In this document: one piece after another, positions 1 to 10,829 of the stretch | Layout: the number at the start of each line of letters is the position of its first letter | Numbering within the stretch: the first letter of the stretch is position 1 | From: Alphaproteobacteria bacterium MarineAlpha5_Bin12 | Lineage (GTDB): Bacteria; Pseudomonadota; Alphaproteobacteria; HIMB59; GCA-002718135 | DNA: 64,000 bases | Reading direction: 5' to 3' | Assembly: GCA_002937855.1 (NCBI GenBank) | Contig: PTKS01000001.1 | Location: 97,948-161,947 of the forward strand | Position numbers and translations under genes: made by a program | Notes under the pieces: model-generated | Database searches by the model: none | What the model saw: only the letters and a program-made list of their open reading frames with translations | Told to the model about the DNA's origin: nothing

Positions 1-450
1 AATCATAATTATTATTAATAATGAGATAATAATTTGAAATAAAATTCTCACTTTTGCTTGAAGTCCTTTACTAGAGTAAAACTTAATTTTTAGATAATCG
101 TCAATAAAACCCAAACTTCCAAATGATAATGTTGCAATTAAAACAATCCAAATAAATATATTCTTTAAATCAGACCAGATAATAGTTGATAAAATTATAC
201 TTAATAATATTAAGATTCCTCCCATAGTCGGTGTACCAGATTTTTTTACTATATGGTTCTCTGGCCCATCTTTTCTAATAGGCTGTCCTTTAGGTTGAAT
301 AGTTTTTAATTTATTAATTATTCTTTGACCAAACATTAAAGATATAAAGAGTGCTGTTAATGTAGCGCCACCTGCTCTAAAAGTAATATAATTAAATAGA
401 TTTAAAAAGCTAAATTGACTAATGAATATTTCAGTAAAATAAACTATCAT
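1..450 (-). CDS. mraY: Phospho-N-acetylmuramoyl-pentapeptide transferase MraY, N-terminal ~150 codons (gene runs off the left edge)
   Basis: Not in the ORF track. My translation from ATG at 450-448 gives MIVYFTEIF..YITFRAGGATLTALFISL..KDGPENH..KSGTPTMGGILILLS..GFIDDYLKI, which closely parallels the MraY N-terminus. ATGA overlap with the murF stop; canonical dcw position. Confidence 0.85.
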   Translation of the reverse strand, partial: MIVYFTEIFISQFSFLNLFNYITFRAGGATLTALFISLMFGQRIINKLKTIQPKGQPIRKDGPENHIVKKSGTPTMGGILILLSIILSTIIWSDLKNIFIWIVLIATLSFGSLGFIDDYLKIKFYSSKGLQAKVRILFQIIISLLIIIMI

Positions 451-1832
451 TTTTCTTCTATTAGTTCTTTATTATATAATTTCTTAAAAAAAATATTAAC
501 ACTCGATGAATTGGAACCTTTAGCTAAAATAATTGTATTCTTTTTAATATATTTAGCCAAATGTTTTATTAATTCTTTTTGATTTGAAAAATAAAAAATA
601 TTCTTTTTATTTTTATAGGTTTTATATAAATTCAAAATTAAATTACCGAAAAGTATAACTTGAAAAAAATTATTCACATTTAAATAGTTACTTATTTCTC
701 TATGGTAAGATTTTTCTTTTTTTCCTAGTTCCAACATATCACCTAAAATTAGAATTTTATTATATTTTTTGTTACTTTCATATTCTTTAAAATATTTTAT
801 TGTTTCTTTCATTGAAAGAGGGCTTGCGTTATATGTTTCATCTATTAATAAGGTTTTTTTTCGAAAAATGTAAACTTTATCAATATTTCCTCTACCTTTT
901 AATTCGGGTAAATATAAGGCATTTTTGAATATTTTTTTAATATTTAATTTTAGTATAAAAAAAACCAAAATTACAATTAAACTGTTTACTGCCTGATGCT
1001 TCGCTAGTGTTAATATTTTATAGTTATAATTTTTTTTGTTATAGTTAATTTTTAACAAAAACTTATTTTTTGAAATTCTATGGATTTTTTTGATTACTAA
1101 ATTTGACTTTTTTTCATCGCCAAAAGTGTAAATTTTTATTTTTTGTTTATCTAAAATTTTATAAAGATATGTTTTAAATTTTAAATTATATGGTATAATG
1201 ACTGTTTCTAAACAATTATTATATTTAGGATTAATCATATCATATTTTTCTTTTGCAACATTTTTAATATTTTTAAAGTATTTTAAATGAGTACTAGAGA
1301 TATTAGTAATAATTGAAATATTGGGTTTAACAATTTTGGTTAGTTTTTTAATTTCTCCAAAATTATTAGTTCCTATCTCAAAAATAGCTACTGATGAATT
1401 TAACCTTAAATTGCAAAGACTTAAACTTACCCCTAATTCATTATTATAGCTTTTTATTGATGCTTGTGATTTCATTTCAAATTTTAAAAAAAATTTTAAT
1501 TGTTCTTTAGTTGAAGTTTTCCCTACACTCCCAGTAACTGCTATAACTTTACCAGTAAATTTTTTTCTTTTAAATTTTGCTATTTCTTTTAAAAATATTT
1601 TACAATTTGATACTTTAATAATTTTATTCTTATATTTAGAATTAGTATTTTCTGAGATTATTTTTAATGCTCCTTTTTTTAAAGCATCTTCAATATAATA
1701 TTTTCCATGATCTTTAGAACCTTTTAAAACTACAAAAATATCTCCTTTTTTTATATCTCTACTATCAATTTTAAAATCACCTTTAAAATTATTCAATATT
1801 TTTTTTATCTTATTTTCTAACACTTTTTTCAT
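447..1832 (-). CDS. murF: UDP-N-acetylmuramoyl-tripeptide--D-alanyl-D-alanine ligase
   Basis: 461-aa ORF. Mur-ligase P-loop AVTGSVGKTSTKE. Lies between murE and mraY and overlaps both. Confidence 0.9.
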   Translation of the reverse strand: MKKVLENKIKKILNNFKGDFKIDSRDIKKGDIFVVLKGSKDHGKYYIEDALKKGALKIISENTNSKYKNKIIKVSNCKIFLKEIAKFKRKKFTGKVIAVTGSVGKTSTKEQLKFFLKFEMKSQASIKSYNNELGVSLSLCNLRLNSSVAIFEIGTNNFGEIKKLTKIVKPNISIITNISSTHLKYFKNIKNVAKEKYDMINPKYNNCLETVIIPYNLKFKTYLYKILDKQKIKIYTFGDEKKSNLVIKKIHRISKNKFLLKINYNKKNYNYKILTLAKHQAVNSLIVILVFFILKLNIKKIFKNALYLPELKGRGNIDKVYIFRKKTLLIDETYNASPLSMKETIKYFKEYESNKKYNKILILGDMLELGKKEKSYHREISNYLNVNNFFQVILFGNLILNLYKTYKNKKNIFYFSNQKELIKHLAKYIKKNTIILAKGSNSSSVNIFFKKLYNKELIEEK

Positions 1833-3267
1833 TTATTTTTTTGATATAATTATTAGCAATTTTTAAATCATCAAATAAAAATTTTCTTTCTTTTATTATT
1901 TGGTATTTTTCATGACCTTTTCCCGCTATGATTAAAATTTCGTTTTGTTTAAGCTCTTGTAAAGCAATTTTAATTGCCACCCTTCTGTTTGGAATTAATT
2001 TTGCTCTTGAGCATCCTTTATAAATATCTGAACGAATTTTAGATGGATTTTCATTTCTAGGGTTATCATCAGTTAAATAAATTTTATTTGCTTTCAAGTT
2101 TGCTATTCGTCCCATTGATATTCTTTTTGATTTATCCCTATCTCCACCACAACCAAACAAAATATTGGCTTTTTTATTAAACTTATTATAAGCAAAATCC
2201 AAAATACTACTTATGGCATCAGGAGTGTGAGCAAAGTCAATAAAAACTCTTGATAAATTATTGAGTTTATAACACTCTTCCATTCTACCAGAAGGATTTT
2301 TTATTTTATTAATTTCTCCTATTATTTTCTTATTTAATAATCCTAAAGCAAGAAGAATAGCAAATGAACATTCCAAATTTTCTATAATTTGAATGTTATC
2401 TATTTTTTCTTGAATTTTTATTTTCTTTTTATTTATATAAATATAATTTTTATTTAATTTATTTTCTATAAATATATTACTTTTTTTTGATCCGTATGTG
2501 ATAATCTTTATAGATTTTCTTTTTAATTCTTTTTTAAATTTTAGAGGATAATTTATTTTTGAATTTAAAATTGCAGTTCCATTTTTATTCAAAAATTTTG
2601 TAAATAAATTAAGTTTAATAGATTTATATGAAGTATAATTTTTATGATAATCAAGATGGTCTTTAGAGATATTTGTAATAACAGCTATATTTATTGGGAG
2701 ACCCTCTATTCTTTTTTGATCAATGCCGTGACTTGATGCTTCAAAAATAAAATATTTTGAATTTTTCTGAGCATGATTATTTGCTATTTTAAATAATGAA
2801 CAAATATCTGGGGTTGTTATTTCTAAACTAGATTTCTTATTTTTTTTATAATATTCACCAATCGTTCCAACATAGGAGGAATTAAGTTTTTTTAATAATA
2901 ATAGTTGATGAAGATACCATGATACTGAAGTTTTTCCATTTGTACCAGTAATAGCTATTAAATTTTTAGGAAGTGGCTTGTAAAAATATTTTAATAATAT
3001 TGGAAGTTTTTTTCTAATTTTATTATCATATAAAACTGGTAAATTTTTATTTCCAAATTTATTATCAGTTATAACAAATTTTGCACCTCTATTTATTGCT
3101 GATTTTATAAATGAATTTCCTTTATATTTTTTTCCTATTAATGAGATATATAAATCACCTTTTTTAATATTATTTGAATTTAAATTAATATTATTAATTT
3201 TCTCATTTTTAAATTTTATTTTTTTATTACTATTTTTAGTTAATAAAAGAATTTTTTTAAGTAACAA
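1810..3267 (-). CDS. murE: UDP-N-acetylmuramoyl-L-alanyl-D-glutamate--2,6-diaminopimelate ligase
   Basis: 485-aa ORF. P-loop AITGTNGKTS. DDNPRNE (the DNPR motif of DAP-adding MurE). 23-nt overlap with murF. Confidence 0.9.
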   Translation of the reverse strand: MLLKKILLLTKNSNKKIKFKNEKINNINLNSNNIKKGDLYISLIGKKYKGNSFIKSAINRGAKFVITDNKFGNKNLPVLYDNKIRKKLPILLKYFYKPLPKNLIAITGTNGKTSVSWYLHQLLLLKKLNSSYVGTIGEYYKKNKKSSLEITTPDICSLFKIANNHAQKNSKYFIFEASSHGIDQKRIEGLPINIAVITNISKDHLDYHKNYTSYKSIKLNLFTKFLNKNGTAILNSKINYPLKFKKELKRKSIKIITYGSKKSNIFIENKLNKNYIYINKKKIKIQEKIDNIQIIENLECSFAILLALGLLNKKIIGEINKIKNPSGRMEECYKLNNLSRVFIDFAHTPDAISSILDFAYNKFNKKANILFGCGGDRDKSKRISMGRIANLKANKIYLTDDNPRNENPSKIRSDIYKGCSRAKLIPNRRVAIKIALQELKQNEILIIAGKGHEKYQIIKERKFLFDDLKIANNYIKKINEKSVRK

Positions 3268-3277
3268 TATTTTTTTC

Positions 3278-4957
3278 CTAATTTTTTTGTTTTTTCAATT
3301 CAGCCTTGTAAATTTTTTTTGTATCAACTGGAGGAATGTTAAAAATATTTACCATACCTTTAATAATTTTTGATACAATAGGAGCAGAAACCCAAGCTCC
3401 AGTAGTATTAAAATATGACTCTTCTATTCCTTTAGGATTCCTTACCATAGATAAAATTATATATTTTGGATCCGACATTGGAAATACACCTATAAACGAT
3501 GATAAATTGGCTTTTTTATGATACTGTGAATCCTCAATTAATTCAGCAGTTCCAGTCTTTCCTCCTACTTCATATCCTTCAACCCTTGCTTTTGGTCCTG
3601 TCCATTCAGTTTCTAAAATAACAGCGCGCAATAATTCTCTAACTTTTATTGATGTTTTTTCACTTATTACCCTTTGATAATAGTTTGTATGATTATCTCT
3701 TAAGTATGTGCTTTTGACTGTTATACCTCCATTAACTAAAGTTGCATAAGCACTACATAATTGCAAAGGACTCACCGATAACCCATATCCATACCCTATA
3801 GTCATAGTATTAACTGGGCGCCATGGTTTAGGAACTAACGGGCTACCAGTTTCGGGTATTTCAAGAAGTTGTTTTTCTAATAATCCAAATTTTTTTAAAT
3901 ATTGCTTTTGTGTTTCAGTGCCTATCAATTTTGCTACTTTCGCAGCTCCAATATTAGATGATTTAACAATAATTTCTCTAATATTCAGTGAGCCATCAAA
4001 AGGTTTGTGATCATTAATAGAATATTTTCCAATCTTAATTGGTTTATTAACTTCAAATTCATCTAAATCTGATATTTTATTACTATCATATCCTATAGCC
4101 ATTGTTATTGGCTTAAAGGTAGAGCCCATTTCATAAACACCTTGAGAAAAAGAATTAAATAAGTTTTTTTGAGAAGTTAAAGTAATATTATTTGGATCAA
4201 AATTAGGAAGACTTGAAGAAGCTAAAATTTGGCCACTTGAAATATCTAAAATAATTGAAACACCACCATCAGCATTAAACTTATTTATAGCTTTTGTTAA
4301 TTCCTCTGTTACTAGGTACTGTAATCTTAGATCCACACTAAGATAAACATCCTCCCCATTACTTAATGTTTCATTTAAACCTCGTTCAATTCCACTCATA
4401 GGTTTTTCATCTATATTTGTAAATCCAACTAAATGAGAAGTTATAGAACCGTGAGGATATATTCTTCTTTTTTCGTTATGAATTTGTAAACCAATTTCAC
4501 CTAAATTATTTATTTTTAAATGTTCTTTAGGACTTATATTTTTTTTTAACCAAATAAAATTTGAATTACTGTAGATTTTTTTATGTATATCTTCTTTTTT
4601 AAAAGAGAAAATTTCAACTAATTTATTTGTTACATTTTTTTTATTTTTTATTAAATTTGGTCTTAATGATAATGAAAAGGATCTAATTGTGGTTGCTAAA
4701 ATCTCTCCATTTCTGTCATATATATTACCTCTATTAAGAATTTTAATTTTATCATCAATTTTTGCAATTTCTTGATTTTTATCAAATAAATTAGAAACAA
4801 TCATAACATCTGTTAATTTAAAAAAAATAGATAAATAGATAAGAATAAAAAAAGATATGGTAAAAAAAATTCTTTTATGAGCTTGTTTTAAAGATTCATT
4901 ATCAAATAACTTAAGCTTTATTTTTTTTTTATTGCTTCCAATAAAATTTAAAAACAT
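3278..4957 (-). CDS. ftsI: Division-specific class B penicillin-binding protein (peptidoglycan D,D-transpeptidase FtsI)
   Basis: 559-aa ORF. N-terminal membrane anchor. Transpeptidase motifs STFK, SSN, KTGT. dcw position after ftsL. Confidence 0.9.
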   Translation of the reverse strand: MFLNFIGSNKKKIKLKLFDNESLKQAHKRIFFTISFFILIYLSIFFKLTDVMIVSNLFDKNQEIAKIDDKIKILNRGNIYDRNGEILATTIRSFSLSLRPNLIKNKKNVTNKLVEIFSFKKEDIHKKIYSNSNFIWLKKNISPKEHLKINNLGEIGLQIHNEKRRIYPHGSITSHLVGFTNIDEKPMSGIERGLNETLSNGEDVYLSVDLRLQYLVTEELTKAINKFNADGGVSIILDISSGQILASSSLPNFDPNNITLTSQKNLFNSFSQGVYEMGSTFKPITMAIGYDSNKISDLDEFEVNKPIKIGKYSINDHKPFDGSLNIREIIVKSSNIGAAKVAKLIGTETQKQYLKKFGLLEKQLLEIPETGSPLVPKPWRPVNTMTIGYGYGLSVSPLQLCSAYATLVNGGITVKSTYLRDNHTNYYQRVISEKTSIKVRELLRAVILETEWTGPKARVEGYEVGGKTGTAELIEDSQYHKKANLSSFIGVFPMSDPKYIILSMVRNPKGIEESYFNTTGAWVSAPIVSKIIKGMVNIFNIPPVDTKKIYKAELKKQKN

Positions 4958-4963
4958 AACTTA

Positions 4964-5326
4964 TCAATCTGATTTTATGTTAAATTCTTTTTGAAAATCT
5001 TGATTTTTACTCGAAACAGATATGATTGTTTTATTTTTTTCAAATCTATCAAAAAAAATTTTTTGTGTTAATATTAAATTTTTATTTGATTCATTAACTT
5101 CACTATCTAAATATATTGCACTCATTTTTTTAATATACTTTGGATTACTATAAACAGCAAATTCTGCTAGTAATACTTTGTTTGATTCTTTTAAATTTTT
5201 AATTTTATATTTTAATGATAAAATATTTTTTTCAATTTCTTTAGTTTGATTATTTATCTGAGACCAAACTCCTAATAATAAAATAGAGAAAAATAAAAAA
5301 ATAAAACTTACAAATTTTGCTTTCAT
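4964..5326 (-). CDS. ftsL: Cell division protein FtsL
   Basis: 120-aa ORF with a single N-terminal TM helix followed by a coiled-coil-like segment. Sits between rsmH and ftsI; 4-nt overlap with rsmH. Confidence 0.7.
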   Translation of the reverse strand: MKAKFVSFIFLFFSILLLGVWSQINNQTKEIEKNILSLKYKIKNLKESNKVLLAEFAVYSNPKYIKKMSAIYLDSEVNESNKNLILTQKIFFDRFEKNKTIISVSSKNQDFQKEFNIKSD

Positions 5327-6276
5327 AAAGAAGATTCCATAATTTTTTCAGCAACCCGAAGCCTAGCTGATCGACATCGCGGATTAGATGCAATTTCGAT
5401 ATTATCTGGTTTAATAGCTTTCTTGGTGATTATTTTTAAAGTAATTTGACCAGTATCGCTAGGCTCCGGATTATGGCGGGAGGAACGCCACTTTTTACCA
5501 CTTTTGTGGTTAAAATATTCTTTCACAAGCTTATCTTCTAAACTATGGAAAGAAACTACAATAATTCTTCCGCCTGGAATTAAAAGTTTTTCAGATTTAT
5601 TAAGAGCTTCACTTATTTCATGCAATTCATTATTTACATATATCCTAAGTGCCTGAAAAACTTTTGTTGCAGGATGTTTTTTTGTTTTTAATTTTATACT
5701 ATTCTTTATTATTTTTATTAAATCTTCAGTAGTCTGAATATTATTTTTTTTTCTATTTTCAACAATCTTTTTAGCAATAGACTTTGAATATTTTTCTTGA
5801 CCATATTTAAAAAATATATTTGCAATCTCTATTTCACTAAAATTATTTATTAAATCATAAGCAGAAAATCCTTTTCCACTCATTCTCATGTCTAAAGGAC
5901 TATTAATTTGAAATGAAAATCCTCGTTTTTTATCTTCAATTTGATTTGAAGACATGCCAAGATCGAAGAAAATTGCATCAAAACCCTTGAAATTTTTCTT
6001 ATTCATTTGCTCTGATACAAGTTGATCTATTTTACTAAATTGTCCTTCTATAAATTTAAAGTTAGTTTTATTTTCTAATTTTTTTGCATAAATTTTTGCT
6101 AATGGATCTCTATCTATCGCAATTAAATTATTTATATTTTTATTCATTAATAAAAGCTTAGAATAACCACCACCCCCGAAGGTTGCGTCAATAATATTTA
6201 AATTTTCTTTCTGTGGAAGAAAATTAACTGCTTGATTAATCATGACGGGTATATGTTTATTAGTCTGAGTATTCAT
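5323..6276 (-). CDS. rsmH: 16S rRNA (cytosine1402-N4)-methyltransferase RsmH/MraW
   Basis: 317-aa ORF. Motifs DATFGGGGYS and FDLGMSSNQ. Second gene of the dcw cluster. Confidence 0.92.
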   Translation of the reverse strand: MNTQTNKHIPVMINQAVNFLPQKENLNIIDATFGGGGYSKLLLMNKNINNLIAIDRDPLAKIYAKKLENKTNFKFIEGQFSKIDQLVSEQMNKKNFKGFDAIFFDLGMSSNQIEDKKRGFSFQINSPLDMRMSGKGFSAYDLINNFSEIEIANIFFKYGQEKYSKSIAKKIVENRKKNNIQTTEDLIKIIKNSIKLKTKKHPATKVFQALRIYVNNELHEISEALNKSEKLLIPGGRIIVVSFHSLEDKLVKEYFNHKSGKKWRSSRHNPEPSDTGQITLKIITKKAIKPDNIEIASNPRCRSARLRVAEKIMESSL

Positions 6277-6736
6277 TTTTATTTTTTGATAAATTTGTTT
6301 TTAATGTTCTTTTTTGCTCTAAGTTTCTTGACCTTGATTCATTTTGTCTTTGAATTGCAAATTTTGGTTCACTTAATTGAAAAGAATGCCCTAAACCAAT
6401 AAATGTTACTTCATTATTTATATTTGCGTATTCTTTTAAATCATCTGGAATTGTAAATCTTCCTTCTGAATCAAGTTTGACATATTGTAACTCTGAAAAA
6501 ATAGAGGTTAAGAAATCATCTTGTTCATCTGAAAAAATATCAAGTTGTTCAATTCTTTTTGAAATATTTTCGATACGACTATAACTGCACCCTTCAATAA
6601 CCTTATATTTAAATGACTTAAATAGTATTATTTCGGTTGATTTTTTTTCTGATATACAAGACCTAAATGAAGCAGGTAAAGAAATTCTACCTTTTTTATC
6701 TATTTTATAGTTGTACGTAGATAGAAATAGTTTCAT
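6260..6736 (-). CDS. mraZ: Transcriptional regulator MraZ
   Basis: 158-aa ORF. Duplicated SpoVT/AbrB-type halves with DKKGRISLP and DSEGRFTIP (DxxxR) motifs. First gene of the dcw cluster. Confidence 0.9.
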   Translation of the reverse strand: MKLFLSTYNYKIDKKGRISLPASFRSCISEKKSTEIILFKSFKYKVIEGCSYSRIENISKRIEQLDIFSDEQDDFLTSIFSELQYVKLDSEGRFTIPDDLKEYANINNEVTFIGLGHSFQLSEPKFAIQRQNESRSRNLEQKRTLKTNLSKNKNEYSD

Positions 6737-6755
6737 TTTATAATCACCATGCTTT

Positions 6756-6790
6756 ATGGGTTATCATGGGAATTTATGGGCGTCAATGGG
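6756..6790. promoter_or_regulatory. Four direct ATGGG boxes in exact 10-bp register (candidate MraZ operator), overlapping a TTGACG -35-like hexamer for mraZ
   Basis: ATGGG at 6756-6760, 6766-6770, 6776-6780 and 6786-6790, each separated by 5 nt, starting 20 nt upstream of the mraZ ATG. E. coli MraZ is known to bind TGGGN direct repeats with 5-nt spacers. Confidence 0.55.
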
Positions 6791-6830
6791 AAATTTATTT
6801 TGTTCTATTTATGTTCTATAAAATAATAAA

Positions 6831-7176
6831 GTAGATAGCTATTAAGCCGGGTTCTGTAATTTCAATGAAATTTAGCAGTTATCTATCTAGGATAAATGTC
6901 ACCATTTATCTCAAGCAGCCTACCCGAACGACTTAAACTGGAACAATTCATTTGTCATTCCTATTTGGCCTTGCTCCAAAAAGGGTTTGCAATGCCATGT
7001 TTGTTACCAAACAAGCGGTGCGCTCTTACCGCACCTTTTCACCCTTACCTAATAGGCGGTTTATTTTCTGTTGCACTTTCCTAGGGTCACCCCTACCAGG
7101 TATTACCTGGTTTTTTGTTCCAAAGAGCCCGGACTTTCCTCTTAATAAAATATTAAGCAACTGCCTTACTATCTAC
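6831..7176 (-). ncRNA. rnpB: RNase P RNA, bacterial type A
   Basis: The minus strand reads GAGGAAAGTCCGGGCTC (complement of 7125-7141), GGTAAGGGTGAAAAGGTGCGGTAAGAGCGCACC and ACAGAACCCGGCTTA. The terminal P1 pairing is GTAGATAG...CTATCTAC. The region is GC-richer than its flanks. ORFs 6896..7084 and 6952..7227 are spurious. Confidence 0.93.
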
Positions 7177-7186
7177 TTAACATTTG

Positions 7187-7215
7187 CTAATAGGCTAAAA
7201 TTAAAATTTAGTCAA
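7187..7215 (-). promoter_or_regulatory. Candidate sigma-70 promoter of rnpB (TTGACT-17 nt-TATTAG)
   Basis: Minus strand: TTGACT (7215-7210), 17-nt spacer, TATTAG (7192-7187), about 10 nt before the P1 5' strand. The -35 overlaps the amidase stop codon. Confidence 0.45.
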
Positions 7216-7936
7216 CTATGTCTTTAGAAAATTGATCAACTAACATATATGTTTCCCTATTTGGATATCCTCTTACAAAATGTTGTTGGTAATGCATTTG
7301 AAATGCTCTCGTAACTTGTCTGTAATCTATATCCTTTTTTCTATCGATTCTTATATTGTAACCTATTTTTTTTAATTTTTTTTTGTAATCAATAATATCA
7401 AACTTTTTATATTCATTTTTTTGCTTTAATTTATTAATTTTAGGCAAATAGGATAATTTTAAATTATCTAATTTTTTCCAAGGAAACTTTTTACCTGGAT
7501 CTGATTTTCTCATAGGAGCTATATCAGAGTGACCAAGTATGTTAAAATTAGAAATTTTGTATTTCTTGTTTAATTTTATTTTTTTTATTAAACCAATCAA
7601 AGATTTAATCTGTTTGTTACCATATTCTTCAAAATCAAGTTCGCAACCTGTATTTTCAAGTTCTATTCCAATTGAGTATGAATTTAAATCTTTTATTCCC
7701 TTCCAATAACTTTTTCCAGCATGCCAAGCTCTTTTATTTTCATTGACAAGCTTATATATATCTCCATGTTTACTAATTACAAAATGTGAGCTAACTTTCT
7801 TTTTTAGATCACAAAGATGTTCTAAACTTTCATTAAAATCTTTTATTGCAGTATAGTGAATTATGATAAATTTAATAATACTTTTTTTAGATCTAGTATT
7901 AAAATTTTTTGACTTATATGTAGTTATGAATTTCAT
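7208..7936 (-). CDS. N-acetylmuramoyl-L-alanine amidase (amidase_2, AmpD/AmiD-like) with a C-terminal peptidoglycan-binding-like tail
   Basis: 242-aa ORF. Motifs IIHYTA, AWHAGKSYW, SIGIELEN, GHSDIAPMRKSDPG. Confidence 0.8.
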   Translation of the reverse strand: MKFITTYKSKNFNTRSKKSIIKFIIIHYTAIKDFNESLEHLCDLKKKVSSHFVISKHGDIYKLVNENKRAWHAGKSYWKGIKDLNSYSIGIELENTGCELDFEEYGNKQIKSLIGLIKKIKLNKKYKISNFNILGHSDIAPMRKSDPGKKFPWKKLDNLKLSYLPKINKLKQKNEYKKFDIIDYKKKLKKIGYNIRIDRKKDIDYRQVTRAFQMHYQQHFVRGYPNRETYMLVDQFSKDIVD

Positions 7937-7980
7937 TAAAATTTACAAATCACATATAATAATATAATAATTGTTTAATA

Positions 7981-8796
7981 ATGGCTAATAATTTTAAAAT
8001 ATTAATAACAATATTATTATTCATCTTTATATCAGGATGTGAAAAAAAAGTTGATGAAAAAATAATAGAAACAAATAATGATTTCCCAGAAATTGAATAT
8101 ATAAACGCAAAAAAATTACTGGATGAACAAAGATTTAATGAAGCTCAAAAAAGTTTTAATGAAATAGAGAAAAAATATCCCTTATCAAATTGGTCTTTAA
8201 AATCGAAAATTATGAGCATATTTATTGACTATCTAAAACTGGATTATGAAAATGCTTCAATAAATATACAAAGATTTATTAACAAATATCCTGATTATAA
8301 AGATATTGATTATGCATATTATTTAAAGGCATTAATTAGTTATGAACAAATTAAAAATCCAGCTTTAGATGCAACATACACTAGTGAATCTCAAAAAAAT
8401 TTCAAAGAATTAATTAGAAGATTCCCAACAAGTAAATATTCAAAAGATGCAGAACAAAAACTGATTTTAATAGAAACTATATTAGCAGGTAAAGATATGC
8501 ATATAGGTTTTTATTATTTGCAACAAAAGAAATATTTGGCTGCTTTAAATAGATATATAAAAATAGTAGATAATTATAAGCCAAATAAATATACACCTGA
8601 AGCACTTCATAGAATAGTAGAAATATATTATAGTCTGGGAATGATTGGTGATGCGGAAAGGGTAGCAGCTGTATTAGGATATAACTATCCAGAAAGTGAT
8701 TGGTATAGGAAATCTTATAAATTAGTAGGAAAAAAAGAGGTATTAAATTCAGATGATAAAAGTTGGGCTAGCAAATTATTAAACAAAATAAAATAA
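7981..8796 (+). CDS. bamD: Outer membrane protein assembly factor BamD (YfiO/ComL lipoprotein)
   Basis: 271-aa ORF. Signal peptide with lipobox FISGC. TPR-like repeats typical of BamD. Confidence 0.75.
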   Translation: MANNFKILITILLFIFISGCEKKVDEKIIETNNDFPEIEYINAKKLLDEQRFNEAQKSFNEIEKKYPLSNWSLKSKIMSIFIDYLKLDYENASINIQRFINKYPDYKDIDYAYYLKALISYEQIKNPALDATYTSESQKNFKELIRRFPTSKYSKDAEQKLILIETILAGKDMHIGFYYLQQKKYLAALNRYIKIVDNYKPNKYTPEALHRIVEIYYSLGMIGDAERVAAVLGYNYPESDWYRKSYKLVGKKEVLNSDDKSWASKLLNKIK

Positions 8797-10827
<2,031 letters not shown>

Positions 10828-10829
10828 TA

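Noticed and set aside
6896-7227. Tracked plus-strand ORFs 6896..7084 (62 aa) and 6952..7227 (91 aa)
   Set aside because: They lie entirely within or opposite the RNase P RNA gene. Their openness reflects the locally higher GC content of a structured RNA. There is no SD or sensible protein composition.
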